Source: an uncultured Verrucomicrobiota bacterium (GTDB lineage Bacteria > Verrucomicrobiota > Kiritimatiellia > RFP12 > UBA3636). From it: a DNA stretch of 64,000 nucleotides. Location of the stretch: the NCBI GenBank assembly GCA_937911295.1, contig CALDQE010000073.1:22352-86351 (forward strand), written 5' to 3'. Both the position numbers and the translations under genes were made by a program. Position 1 is the stretch's first letter, and each line of letters starts with the position of its first letter. The notes beneath the pieces were generated by a model. That model searched no databases. It had not been told where the DNA came from and worked only from the letters and a program-made list of their open reading frames with translations. Positions 19,212-29,313 of the stretch are shown here, one piece after another.

Positions 19212-19970
19212 TTATAACTCCTTTTCCCAGCTTCCACGTGTTGTAATATATTGAGCATCAAGGAAGGCTTTTATTTCGGGAATATCTGATTTAATAAATT
19301 CATTAGGTGTTGCGGTTGCCAAAAGGTGAGAGGAATGCAGCATTCCTATTCGATCAGCAATTGACAAAGCACTATGCATATCATGAGTAACGACCACGCT
19401 TGTCACACCGAGCTTTTGAGACAAGCCAGCAATAAGCTCATCAATTTTTCTTGATGTTACTGGATCGAGACCGGAGGTTGGCTCATCATATAGCAAAATT
19501 TCCGGCTCTGTCACAATAGCACGAGCAAGACCAGCACGCTTCTGCATTCCACCAGACAAATCTGCTGGATACGCATCAATCGCATGAAGAAGACCGACCT
19601 TATCAAGAGCATCTCGTACACGATCTTCAATTTCTTTTTCTGAAAGCTTTGTCTTCTCTCTTAGAGGAAGTGCGACATTATCAAAAACAGTCATCCAAGC
19701 AAGCAAAGCAGCACTTTGGAACAAATATCCAAACTTTGAACGAAGAGTAGATAGCTCTGAATTATTTGCCTCATTTATACAAGCACCATCTATCCAGACT
19801 CTGCCACTTGTTGGAGCCAGCAAGCGAATCATAAGCTTTAGTGATACACTTTTACCTGTGCCAGAAGGACCTACAATACAAAAAATTTCACCTTTTTTTA
19901 TCTCGTAGGAAACATCATCCAAAATCGTCCTTGAGCCAAAGCTTTTAGTTACATTTTCAAATTTTATCAT
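19212..19970 (-). CDS. mlaF: MlaF ABC-transporter ATP-binding protein.
   Basis: Seen: Walker A (GPSGTGKS), ABC signature (LSGGMQKR) and Walker B (LLYDEPTSGLD). Confidence 0.8.
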   Translation of the reverse strand: MIKFENVTKSFGSRTILDDVSYEIKKGEIFCIVGPSGTGKSVSLKLMIRLLAPTSGRVWIDGACINEANNSELSTLRSKFGYLFQSAALLAWMTVFDNVALPLREKTKLSEKEIEDRVRDALDKVGLLHAIDAYPADLSGGMQKRAGLARAIVTEPEILLYDEPTSGLDPVTSRKIDELIAGLSQKLGVTSVVVTHDMHSALSIADRIGMLHSSHLLATATPNEFIKSDIPEIKAFLDAQYITTRGSWEKEL

Positions 19971-20806
19971 CAGTAGAATAACCTTGTAACAAAATAGCCA
20001 ACAACCAAAATTAAAAGAAAGCAGCTAATCACACAACGGCGAGTAGCCTTACCAACACCAACGGCACCATGGCTTGTTGAAAAGCCTTCATAGCAAGCAA
20101 CTGTCACAATTATGATACCAAATAAAAATGCTTTAAACATGCCCACGAGGAATGGACGCAATGAAGCAAAATCAAATGCATTCATCCAATAAACCGTAAA
20201 TGGGACCGATAGCTGAGTATAGCCAACGACAGCACCACCAACCAATGCAAGCAAACAGGTATAAAAAGAAAGCATAGGAACAGTAAACATCATCGCAACC
20301 ATACGGGGCATTACAAGAAAGCGCAATGGGTCGATTGACATAATTTCTAGAGCTGCTATTTCTTCATTTACCATCATTGTACCAAGCTGTGCTGCCATGG
20401 CTGCACCAACACAGGCCGCCAAAACAAGCCCACTCATAAATGGTCCCATTTCTCGAAGCACAGATGCCATCACTGCTGAACCAATTAAATTCTCTTGGTT
20501 AAAACGCCTTAGCTCTAATCCAAGCTGAAGGGCAAGAATCATACCAATGAAAAATGCAACAAGTGAAACCACTGGCAAGCTCTTTATAGCACAGCTATAA
20601 ATTTGTGAAACCACCTCTTTGCGTTCTCTCTTATTAATCAACCCACGCATCCCAGCAAATGCACCAATACAAATTGCTGATGCCTTACCTACCTCAGCAA
20701 TTACATCGAGTAGATAACGCCCACATCGTCCAATTAAAGTTTTTGGCTCTGGCTTGAATATAGGTTCTCTAACAATCATAAAATAACTTAATCTCCAAAA
20801 AACCAC
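19970..20806 (-). CDS. mlaE: MlaE ABC-transporter permease.
   Basis: Seen: MlaE-typical conserved block (MVNEEIAALEIM...DPLRFLVMPR). Polytopic membrane protein. Confidence 0.8.
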   Translation of the reverse strand: MVFWRLSYFMIVREPIFKPEPKTLIGRCGRYLLDVIAEVGKASAICIGAFAGMRGLINKRERKEVVSQIYSCAIKSLPVVSLVAFFIGMILALQLGLELRRFNQENLIGSAVMASVLREMGPFMSGLVLAACVGAAMAAQLGTMMVNEEIAALEIMSIDPLRFLVMPRMVAMMFTVPMLSFYTCLLALVGGAVVGYTQLSVPFTVYWMNAFDFASLRPFLVGMFKAFLFGIIIVTVACYEGFSTSHGAVGVGKATRRCVISCFLLILVVGYFVTRLFY

Positions 20807-22245
20807 AAAAATTTTGTGCTTGATTTTTCTCCATCATAGCTTTTCCCAAAGAGACCATAAAGAATAGACCATTCTGTCTTATCGCCTTCACGCCTTCTAC
20901 TATAGAAAGGGAAAATATGAGTGCGGCTATACTCTTTACCATAGCCACGTGAATACAAGCCCCAAAGCAGCTCATGATCTGTTCGTTCTTGTTCTTTATC
21001 ATTACCATAAGTATAAAGAGTAAAAATATCAAGCAAGTTTCTTGAAAGTAGCCCACTTCGTTTACTTAATGACAAATCAGGGATTCTTACATATTTATCA
21101 TTTAAATCTTTTCGAGAAGAATATAACGGCCAAATCCTCATATAATCTTCTACCAATGTTTCATAAGTGCCATCATTATTTGTATCCTTATAAATTTCTG
21201 AAGATAAATATACTGGATTAAAGGAGAAAAATTCTTCCTTTTGGTTTCCTCGCTTTGCTTCTCTAGTACGAACAAATGGCCACATATACCAAGTTGAATT
21301 CAGGCGACCATTATCATCCCATTGATGAATATAGAATGGAATAAAATTACGTTTATGATATTCTCTATCGTCCCAAATTTTAACTAACGGCCAAGGGAAA
21401 TTTAAATTACGATATGTTGGAGTTTCACCTCTTCCGTATGCAAAGCTAAAGAACGGAGGGAAAATCAAAAAACGTTCTTCGTTTTCAGTATCAACATGTC
21501 CAGCTATCGGGAAAAGCATCCAAGAGGAGCCAGGATTGTGTCCATAGTATTTTGCTTGATTCCATATTGGCCATAATACAAAATAGGAATCTAATTTATT
21601 CTCACGATGTGCTTCACCATAAAATGGGAATACTCGAACAGCAGAAACACCATCACCTTGTGTTCGACTATAAATTGGCCAAAGAATACTGGTTGTTGTT
21701 TGTGAGCCATGTTTATATTTCATCCAAACTGGCCAAAGAGTAAAAGAAATGTAATCAAAATACATTTCTTTAATAGTACCATGTATTGGGAAAAAGGCGG
21801 CATATTCTTCATTAGCTTTTGTTGTACCCCAAAAAAAGAATGGGAAAAGCCAATGGCGATCGCGAGAAGCATTATCGGTTGTATTAAAATCAGTCCAAAA
21901 CCAGAATAAGAATCTAGATGCTTTATAATTACCCCGTGTATTTTCAGAATAAATTGGCCAAAGAATTTCTTTAGCGGAAGCATTTTCTTTTGGAGAATAC
22001 ACAGAAGAATAAAGAAGAGGACGGTATGAAGTGCGGACGGCACCATTAGTTGTTTGCACTTTCTCATAAAACGGACCAAATTTTTCCACTTGAGTTATTT
22101 TACGTCCGGCATTTCCTGAATCAAATAGGAGATGAGCATCACGAACCCTACCAGTTGGTGCAGATGCACAACCGAGAGAGTTGAATGCTAATATAGGTAA
22201 TGCTAGAGCTAGTGAAAACAAATATTTATTCAAAGAATTCTCCAA
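20788..22245 (-). CDS. Lipoprotein rich in aromatic/proline short repeats (LWPIYS, FPFYG, LWPIWN), co-transcribed with mlaEFD.
   Basis: Seen: signal peptide plus lipobox (SLGCAS), and repeated W/F-P-aromatic motifs. Overlaps the mlaE start by 19 nt. Family unknown. Confidence 0.45.
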   Translation of the reverse strand: MENSLNKYLFSLALALPILAFNSLGCASAPTGRVRDAHLLFDSGNAGRKITQVEKFGPFYEKVQTTNGAVRTSYRPLLYSSVYSPKENASAKEILWPIYSENTRGNYKASRFLFWFWTDFNTTDNASRDRHWLFPFFFWGTTKANEEYAAFFPIHGTIKEMYFDYISFTLWPVWMKYKHGSQTTTSILWPIYSRTQGDGVSAVRVFPFYGEAHRENKLDSYFVLWPIWNQAKYYGHNPGSSWMLFPIAGHVDTENEERFLIFPPFFSFAYGRGETPTYRNLNFPWPLVKIWDDREYHKRNFIPFYIHQWDDNGRLNSTWYMWPFVRTREAKRGNQKEEFFSFNPVYLSSEIYKDTNNDGTYETLVEDYMRIWPLYSSRKDLNDKYVRIPDLSLSKRSGLLSRNLLDIFTLYTYGNDKEQERTDHELLWGLYSRGYGKEYSRTHIFPFYSRRREGDKTEWSILYGLFGKSYDGEKSSTKFLWFFGD

Positions 22246-23124
22246 AAATTACTTTAGGTTACTAAAATATTTTTTAATTTTATCATTGTTGGATATAAAA
22301 ATGCAATAATTTATTTATTTGTGGAAAAAGATAAACTAAATGCATTTTCGTGTTAAGCAAAGTGTCGCATTTACTTTGTTCTGTTGCAGATTACTGGTTG
22401 CCTGCGTTGCTAACTGGGAGATTCGGAGGGTAAATACATACACAATGCTTTTCGTCAAGCAGTAGGTCAACATGGTATATTCATACTCCGTGCCTCCGAA
22501 CCTACGAATCTCCAAGCAACGAAAGTAACTCTTAATATTGCTTCCGCTTTCTGGGAGATTCGGAGTTTAGGAGATTGGGAGATAACAATTCAGTCACATT
22601 ATTTTACCCTCGCATTTTTATAAATGCGGATGTAACTCATTGTGCTAAATAAATAGTGCAGGTGATGTCAGCTTGCACAATGAACCTACGGAAAAACTAT
22701 GGAAAATAGGCTCTAGACACAGGTATCTCAATTTCGTTTTCCTAGGTTCGCATTTTTATAAATGCGGACCTAACTCATTCAGACAAATGAAGAGCATATA
22801 TGATATCAAATTGCATGACGAATCCAAGAGGAAGCAAAGGGGAACAGATGCTTGATAACAACAACTCTAGATGTTGCATTTACTTTGTCCTGCGACTGGT
22901 TGCCTGCTGTGTTAACTGGGAGATAGGGAGATTGGGAGGATGCTTGGGGATTTTTTGTGGAATTGGGTGATAATGCTAAGTAGATGCAATGCCCTTATGT
23001 GTTAGGTGGTGCTTTTTCTTTGTCTTGTGACACCATGCACCTCATTTACTGAGTCAAGGCACTGAATTATGTAGCTTATTTTGCTGTTGATTTATTCAGA
23101 TGTATACATTTATCAGGGGCTTTT
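22246..23124. repeat. 880-bp non-coding, repeat-rich intergenic region. It contains a ~70-bp direct repeat, a 33-bp hairpin-containing direct repeat, and GGGAGAT 7-mer clusters with an inverted copy.
   Basis: Seen: ~70-bp copies at 22363-22435 and 22871-22942. CGCATTTTTATAAATGCGGA(T/C)(G/C)TAACTCATT at 22611-22641 and 22749-22780. GGGAGATTCGGAG at 22416 and 22554, with CCTCCGAAcctacGAATCTCC at 22493-22513. Confidence 0.55.
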
Positions 23125-23487
23125 TCACTTAAGTACAAGTGTATCACCGACACAAATTCCATCAAAAACAGATGCTTCAGAAGCTTCTCCTGATATTGAT
23201 ATTGCTTCAAGCGTGGTTACAGCACCACTTCCACCAAATATCATTCTCCAAGGTGGCACATTATTTTTTATCTTTAAAACTTTGCCTCGCTTATCCAAAA
23301 ATACTATATCCAAATTAAATTGCATAAACCATGTGTGCACACTGCCACATTTTGGAATAACAAAAATTTTCCCATTTGGATAAGCCTTGCGCCCAAGCAA
23401 GCCCATTCCTCGCTCAAAAAAAGTGGCAGCATAATCACACTGCCACTCTTTATCTCCAAACTGAAGAATACACGCCTTCAAAGACAA
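23125..23487 (-). CDS. DUF192-domain protein (COG1430).
   Basis: Seen: GLLGR...VHTWFM...LDIVFLD blocks characteristic of DUF192. Confidence 0.55.
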   Translation of the reverse strand: MSLKACILQFGDKEWQCDYAATFFERGMGLLGRKAYPNGKIFVIPKCGSVHTWFMQFNLDIVFLDKRGKVLKIKNNVPPWRMIFGGSGAVTTLEAISISGEASEASVFDGICVGDTLVLK

Positions 23488-23490
23488 TAC

Positions 23491-25314
23491 CTATTCTAAG
23501 CCGTGATACTTACAAAAAGCATCATCTGCTTCATCACCCATATAGCGCCTACGGGTTCGCTTATCTGTTTTCCGAAGATCAATGAGTATCAAACCATCAA
23601 CAACATCAGAAAATTCCTTGTCTAAATTAAATGCAAGTATCTTGCCACCCAGCTTTAAGTATTGCTTAATCAAAACAGGAATACTCTTTCTATCATCCTC
23701 TATATCTTGTATTAAAGTGGAAACATCATCAACAGACGCTATAATTTCTTCGAAATCTGGGTTCACCCATTCCTCACGCTTCTTCATACGGGCAGGCTTT
23801 TTACGTGGCTTGACTAAATGTGCTAAATCATTTGCAAAATTAGATAGCTCAAGAGAACGCAAAAGCATATTTCTAGAAGAATCCTTATAGTCCGCAGTAA
23901 TACTTACTGGGCCAAATAAATTTACATACTGTGGATTGCGAGAAATAAAGGTTCCAATACCTTTCCATAAATATAATAATGGCTGAAATGCTTTTTGATA
24001 TTCTGGGCGAACAAATGAACGCCCAAGCTCTATTCCTGGCAATATCTTATCTGTAAGATTTTCGTTAAACTTAAATAATGTATGTGTGTAAAGTCCACGT
24101 ACTCCAAACTTCTCACAAATTTTATCAGCTAAGCCTAAGCGATATGCACCAACAATCTCCTTTGCCTTCGCATTCCAAATAAATAAATGCAAATATTCTG
24201 AATCATACACATCTGTGTCCTTTGAGAGCCCTGTGCCCTCCCCTACAGAACGGAAGGTTATCTCACGCAAACGTGATAGCTCACGCATAATGGCTGACTC
24301 TGGAGATAGTTTTGTAATATATACCTCTAAATCACCTCCAGTAAATAGATGTGCCTCTGGTGCAAAAGCCTTAATTTCTGCCTCTATCAATGATGATGGG
24401 GTTTCATCAATAATTGGCTGATGATTAACCTTCTTTGGCTTTGCTTTCTTAAATAAGCAAAATCTCTTTTTATTCCCAGTAAAGCGTCCCTCTAATGCAT
24501 AAGAACGAAGACGCAAATATTTCATCAGCTCCTCATCTGATTCATATTTTTTTATTTCAGAAGGTAAAACCGGTGCTCCAATTGCAGCCTCTAAAGTTCT
24601 CTTACGCTTATTTGCTACCATAGATGGAAGCATAACCGTGCGAAGGCGGGGATGTATTAAACCCGCCATTTGGAAATGAACTGGATTTGCTCCCGCAAAA
24701 TACATAGGTATTACTGTTGCTCCAGTTTTTCGAATAATTCCACCAATAGTATCCTGCCACTTTGGATCACGTACTCGACGACTCTTTAAATCAATACTAG
24801 AAACCTCCCCAGAAGGAAATACTCCTAATATGTGACCTTCCTTTACCCATTTCATAGTTTCCATCAATGGACGAATATTTTTCTTTGCTGCAGCAGCTGA
24901 TCCAAACACATCTACACCTATAAAATTCTCACGTAACTCTGGAACCATTTCTAGAATGTAATTCACGAGAACCTTATAGTCTGGACGAACCTTATTGAGA
25001 AGACTCATCAACACAACACCTTCAATACCTCCAAATGGATGATTTGCAACCACCACAACTGGACCAGTCTTCGGTATACGTGCCAAATCCTCTTCAGATA
25101 TGTTTACTTTAACATTCATTCCCTCAAGAATTCTATCTGAAAAGCATTCTCCATTTCGTTGCTCAACTGCTCTTCCCTCAAAAACAATTCGATTTAATTT
25201 ATCTAATCGAGTTAAATGCTCTACCAACCCTCTAACAAAACCATTATGAATTCCCAAAGGAGAGGACGATGGATTTAAATGGAAGACCTTATCATATTTA
25301 TTTTTTCTACGCAT
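23491..25314 (-). CDS. Fused acyltransferase. The N-terminus is a PlsC-like O-acyltransferase domain and the C-terminus an OlsB-like (Acetyltransf_5) N-acyltransferase domain, i.e. an OlsF-like ornithine/aminolipid synthase.
   Basis: Seen: N-terminal VVVANHPFGGIEG...VFPSGE (acyltransferase motifs I/III-like). C-terminal DVYDSEYLHLFIWN...VGAYRLGL (OlsB/hemolysin-type GNAT signature). Confidence 0.55.
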   Translation of the reverse strand: MRRKNKYDKVFHLNPSSSPLGIHNGFVRGLVEHLTRLDKLNRIVFEGRAVEQRNGECFSDRILEGMNVKVNISEEDLARIPKTGPVVVVANHPFGGIEGVVLMSLLNKVRPDYKVLVNYILEMVPELRENFIGVDVFGSAAAAKKNIRPLMETMKWVKEGHILGVFPSGEVSSIDLKSRRVRDPKWQDTIGGIIRKTGATVIPMYFAGANPVHFQMAGLIHPRLRTVMLPSMVANKRKRTLEAAIGAPVLPSEIKKYESDEELMKYLRLRSYALEGRFTGNKKRFCLFKKAKPKKVNHQPIIDETPSSLIEAEIKAFAPEAHLFTGGDLEVYITKLSPESAIMRELSRLREITFRSVGEGTGLSKDTDVYDSEYLHLFIWNAKAKEIVGAYRLGLADKICEKFGVRGLYTHTLFKFNENLTDKILPGIELGRSFVRPEYQKAFQPLLYLWKGIGTFISRNPQYVNLFGPVSITADYKDSSRNMLLRSLELSNFANDLAHLVKPRKKPARMKKREEWVNPDFEEIIASVDDVSTLIQDIEDDRKSIPVLIKQYLKLGGKILAFNLDKEFSDVVDGLILIDLRKTDKRTRRRYMGDEADDAFCKYHGLE

Positions 25315-25764
25315 AAATTAACACTTTTTTAAATCGTCATGTACAATTGTCTAAGTTAATAGACGCAAATTCAAAATATACTTTAATTTTACACTAAAAC
25401 ACTTACAAAAAACAAGATAAATTACTAGAATATCGATGCAAACGCAGAATAAAAGCAAAGTCTATTCTCACATCATATTTTTTATTTTTCAACTTAAACG
25501 TCCTAAAACAGACTGATGCTACGGGGGCAAAAGCTAATAATGAGTACGATAAGTGCTATTACACCTATTACCGCTTGATTATATATTAGAAAAGAGCGTA
25601 ATGCTTCCTCTTTAAATTCATACCTTAGGTCAAACATCTCCTTGCAGCTCTTCCCCATACAAAAAAACATTCACCTCAGCTCAGCTTCAAATAATTTTTC
25701 TCTACTAAACTATTTATGTAGTGTGCAAGCAATAGCTTCTAGCACACACACTTACCACCACACA

Positions 25765-27855
25765 CTACCACCAGCTGCTCTTTTTACCATTACGCCACGT
25801 AGAATATCTCCCTTGCTGATACCTACTTGAAGAATATCCTCCTGATGACCCATAATAACCTCTTGAGTTTTGCTTCAGTTTTGTGTCCTGCGATATTCCC
25901 GTCCATTTATACAGCTTTTTATCTAACTCTGATATAAAGCAGGATACATTCAGCATTTCTAATGCCCCATTGTAGTTCTGCTTATAGGATGGCGAACACA
26001 AATATAAACGCTCCTTAGCCCGCGTCACTACTACATAAAATAATCGACGCTCCTCAGGAATATTTGTCTCCTCAATCTTCACAGAAGGAAACATTGTTTC
26101 ACTCAACCACGGAACTATAACTACTGGCCACTCTAACCCCTTAGCTTGATGAATGGTACTTAATAATACTGAATTAGTTTCTCCATTCATCTCAGCATCT
26201 TCAGATAATTCAGAATTAGTCAATATTGCAACATCAGCAAGAAAATCAGATAATGTATCCTTCTTCTCTATTGCCTTTGCCAATTCAAATATATCCTGTC
26301 GACGCTCATCCGCATTATTAAAATTCTTTTTTAATAATTCAAAATAAAAGGCATCCAATAAATCACTAACAAAACCACTCTCTCTTGCTGGGCCTTTTTC
26401 CTGCTGAAAATAATTTGTATAGGCTTTCAATATGCCATCAGTGGCTGCCTTTGCTTTTGCTGGTATTATAGACAAAAGCTTTTCCCTCTGTGCTGGTGCT
26501 GATGGATTAAATTGATCCCCCAACTTATTCCATAGCTTACTTATCGTTGTTTCACCGACTCCTGGCAATAATCCAAAGCCGCGAGTAAATGCCAAATAAT
26601 CAGTTGGGGACACTATCATTCTATAAAATGCAATTATATCCTTAGCATGAGCGGAATCAAAAAAACCTGTACCTGAGGTTATATTATACGGAATTCTTGA
26701 ACGTGCAAGATTTAGCTGAATATCAATTGAATGAAAATGTGATCGATACAAAATTGCTATATCCTTATAAGAATAGCCCTCCAGTAAACAAGAATTTATT
26801 GTGTCAACAATGTACGAAGATTGATCTGTATCTCTATACACTCTGTGTAGTATTGGCTTGGCAAAATTGCCTTTTTTTGTTGGGCGAAGCTCTTTCTGAA
26901 ATTGATCAATATTGTGCCTAATACAATCATTTGCTAGCTGTAATATTTCTGGCGAGCTTCGATAATTCTGCTCAAGCTTCACAATTTTTGCATCAGGATA
27001 TTTTTTAGGAAAATCCATTATATTTCTAAAATCTGAGCCACGCCAAGAATAAATACACTGAAAATCATCACCAACCACAGTTATATTTCTATGCTTCTCT
27101 GCAAGTATATTTACAAATTCAGATTGCAACATATTTGTGTCTTGATACTCGTCCACCAAAATATGCTTAAACCGATTCTGATAATAGGTACGAACATCCT
27201 CATTTTCACGCAATAGCTTTAATGCATTAACAAGAATATCATCAAAATCCATTGCACCTAACTCGCGTTTTCTTTCAATATATTTATTTGCCACACGAAT
27301 AATATTAGGTGTGTCCGCTACAGATATATCTGTATGATTTGCATCTAAATATGAAGAAAAATTTATACCTTTATTAACAGATGTGCTTAAATGGCTTAAA
27401 ATTACTTCACGCTTTGTAAATTCCTTTTTTTGAAATCCCAAGTCAGTAATACAATTTCCCATCAGCGTTTTTTGATCATCAGAATCTAGAATAGTAAAAT
27501 CTCTATTATAGCCAATCTGCTGAGCATTAATTCTTAGCATTCTATTAGCTATACTATGAAATGTGCCTCCCCACATTCTATAAGTTGAACCTGGAAGCAC
27601 TTCCTCCACTCGCTCTAGCATTTCTCTTGCTGCCTTATTTGTAAAGGTCAACAAAAGAAGGTCCTCTTGCCTAAACCCACGCTCTAACAGATTCACTACC
27701 CTATATACCAGAGTACGTGTTTTTCCGGTACCCGCAGCTGCCAGTACAAGCAATGGTCCATCAGGAGCTGTTGCTGCTTCATATTGTTCATTATTAAGTA
27801 GTGTTGATAAATCTGTCATAATATAGTAAAAAGGATATTTGAAATCTAAAACCAC
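25765..27855 (-). CDS. UvrD/PcrA/Rep-family ATP-dependent DNA helicase with a Gly/Ser/Tyr-rich C-terminal tail.
   Basis: Seen: Walker A AAAGTGKT, helicase motifs (VDEYQDTN, QNYRS), C-terminal GYYGSSGGYSSSRYQQGRY. The start may be the ATG at ~27819. Confidence 0.8.
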   Translation of the reverse strand: MVLDFKYPFYYIMTDLSTLLNNEQYEAATAPDGPLLVLAAAGTGKTRTLVYRVVNLLERGFRQEDLLLLTFTNKAAREMLERVEEVLPGSTYRMWGGTFHSIANRMLRINAQQIGYNRDFTILDSDDQKTLMGNCITDLGFQKKEFTKREVILSHLSTSVNKGINFSSYLDANHTDISVADTPNIIRVANKYIERKRELGAMDFDDILVNALKLLRENEDVRTYYQNRFKHILVDEYQDTNMLQSEFVNILAEKHRNITVVGDDFQCIYSWRGSDFRNIMDFPKKYPDAKIVKLEQNYRSSPEILQLANDCIRHNIDQFQKELRPTKKGNFAKPILHRVYRDTDQSSYIVDTINSCLLEGYSYKDIAILYRSHFHSIDIQLNLARSRIPYNITSGTGFFDSAHAKDIIAFYRMIVSPTDYLAFTRGFGLLPGVGETTISKLWNKLGDQFNPSAPAQREKLLSIIPAKAKAATDGILKAYTNYFQQEKGPARESGFVSDLLDAFYFELLKKNFNNADERRQDIFELAKAIEKKDTLSDFLADVAILTNSELSEDAEMNGETNSVLLSTIHQAKGLEWPVVIVPWLSETMFPSVKIEETNIPEERRLFYVVVTRAKERLYLCSPSYKQNYNGALEMLNVSCFISELDKKLYKWTGISQDTKLKQNSRGYYGSSGGYSSSRYQQGRYSTWRNGKKSSWW

Positions 27856-27918
27856 GCAATAGTTAAACCTATTTAAATATTGCGTGGTATATTTAACAAA
27901 TTTTGTGCTAGCAACAAA

Positions 27919-29313
27919 TTATTTTTTCAACCAAATATCAGTTGTTGTATCTAGCTCTTTATTTGCATTCTTTAAACGCTCAGAAAGCATTGATGGTGAA
28001 TTTGCAAAGCAAGGATCAATTTCAATCTTAATAGTTGGATAACCATTCTCATCAAATGGAACCTTAACACCAGCCTTCTCTAGCCACCAAGCCCACTTGC
28101 GGGATAAATCTGCCTTGCAGGTAGCAGGTGAATCAGCTCCCTCAGCATTCTTTACTGGAGAAAACTCTAGTGTTCTATCAAAAGCTAGATTTACACTAAC
28201 CTTTGCATCCATCAATGCATCAAAAATAAATTTTTCAAACTTAAATGCATTTGGTGCAGCTGGCTTTACTGTCTCACCTGCCTCATTGACAAATGGGACC
28301 TTCTTATGAGCTACATGGATTGGTAAGCCTGCACGTGCTTCACGTACAAGAAAATCTACTGAGAACATATGAATTGCGACACTACCAAATTTATAGCGAA
28401 GCTCACCATCCTCAGTGCGCTCATTTTTCTGCTCTGGTGTAAATTCTGTATATTCAACAATTTGAGATTTACCATCGCGAACCACTACAACACCCAAGCC
28501 CTCATTTGGGTCACGCTTTGCACATACCTTAATAGAAATTTCAGACATATTACGTGTATGATAACCAATAAATGCTGGATCACAAATCTCTACCATTGGA
28601 TTATCTACCTGGAAATAGAAAATAGAAGTTAGACCACGCTTCTGAATGTCAGCTAATGCACCACTCTTTTCAAGTGCAAGCAATGTGCCGCCATGTCCAT
28701 CAGGACTCATAAAAATATGGTCCTTAGCATCCATCACAATTTTACCTTCAGGTGTTAGGGCAGGCCACATTGATTGAACAAAGAAAAATACATTTTCTTT
28801 CTTTAAGCCAAAATAATTATTTGCTGCAAAGAATTCGCGAGTGGCAGCATCATTTCCTTGGCTTGTCATAATATAAAAAGGTACCGTTGTATTCCATTCC
28901 TGCTCTAGTGCAAGAATTTTTCTTGAATGAAAATAAAATAAAGATTCATCACTCATTGGGCCGACAGGATAGCAACCCTTTGGTCCATCATAGCCAAGTC
29001 GAGTACCTTGACCTCCTGCAACCATAAGCACACCCACCTTGCCACTACGTAGCTCAAGAGTGCCGGTGCGATATGCTGCATCATAATGCTCTCCCTTCAG
29101 CTCAGCAACAGGTGCAGGAATCATTTCACCTGTTGAGCCACCCTCTAATTTTGCTGAAAGCAAATTTCTTGTCATATTTATAGAATTAAAATCTAATGTA
29201 TTTATTTGAGCGAGAAGAGCTTCTTGTTGTGAGCTCTCCAGCTGGTCCCAAAAATTTAAAACATGAGCCTGATCATTTGCTTCTAATAGAGCCTTTGCTT
29301 CTTCAAAATTCAT
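27919..29313 (-). CDS. UDP-sugar pyrophosphorylase of the eukaryotic-type UDPGP/UAP1 family.
   Basis: Seen: LMVAGGQGTRLGYDGPKG nucleotide-binding loop characteristic of the UDPGP (PF01704) family. Confidence 0.6.
   Translation of the reverse strand: MNFEEAKALLEANDQAHVLNFWDQLESSQQEALLAQINTLDFNSINMTRNLLSAKLEGGSTGEMIPAPVAELKGEHYDAAYRTGTLELRSGKVGVLMVAGGQGTRLGYDGPKGCYPVGPMSDESLFYFHSRKILALEQEWNTTVPFYIMTSQGNDAATREFFAANNYFGLKKENVFFFVQSMWPALTPEGKIVMDAKDHIFMSPDGHGGTLLALEKSGALADIQKRGLTSIFYFQVDNPMVEICDPAFIGYHTRNMSEISIKVCAKRDPNEGLGVVVVRDGKSQIVEYTEFTPEQKNERTEDGELRYKFGSVAIHMFSVDFLVREARAGLPIHVAHKKVPFVNEAGETVKPAAPNAFKFEKFIFDALMDAKVSVNLAFDRTLEFSPVKNAEGADSPATCKADLSRKWAWWLEKAGVKVPFDENGYPTIKIEIDPCFANSPSMLSERLKNANKELDTTTDIWLKK

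Noticed and set aside
22673-22855. 60-aa plus-strand ORF inside the repeat-rich intergenic region
   Set aside because: It spans one of the 33-bp hairpin repeats and has no RBS. More likely non-coding, though a small-protein or sRNA dual function cannot be excluded without expression data.
22246-23124. CRISPR array
   Set aside because: The repeats differ in length (70 bp, 33 bp, 7-13 bp) and are irregularly spaced. There is no repeat-spacer periodicity and no cas genes are nearby.
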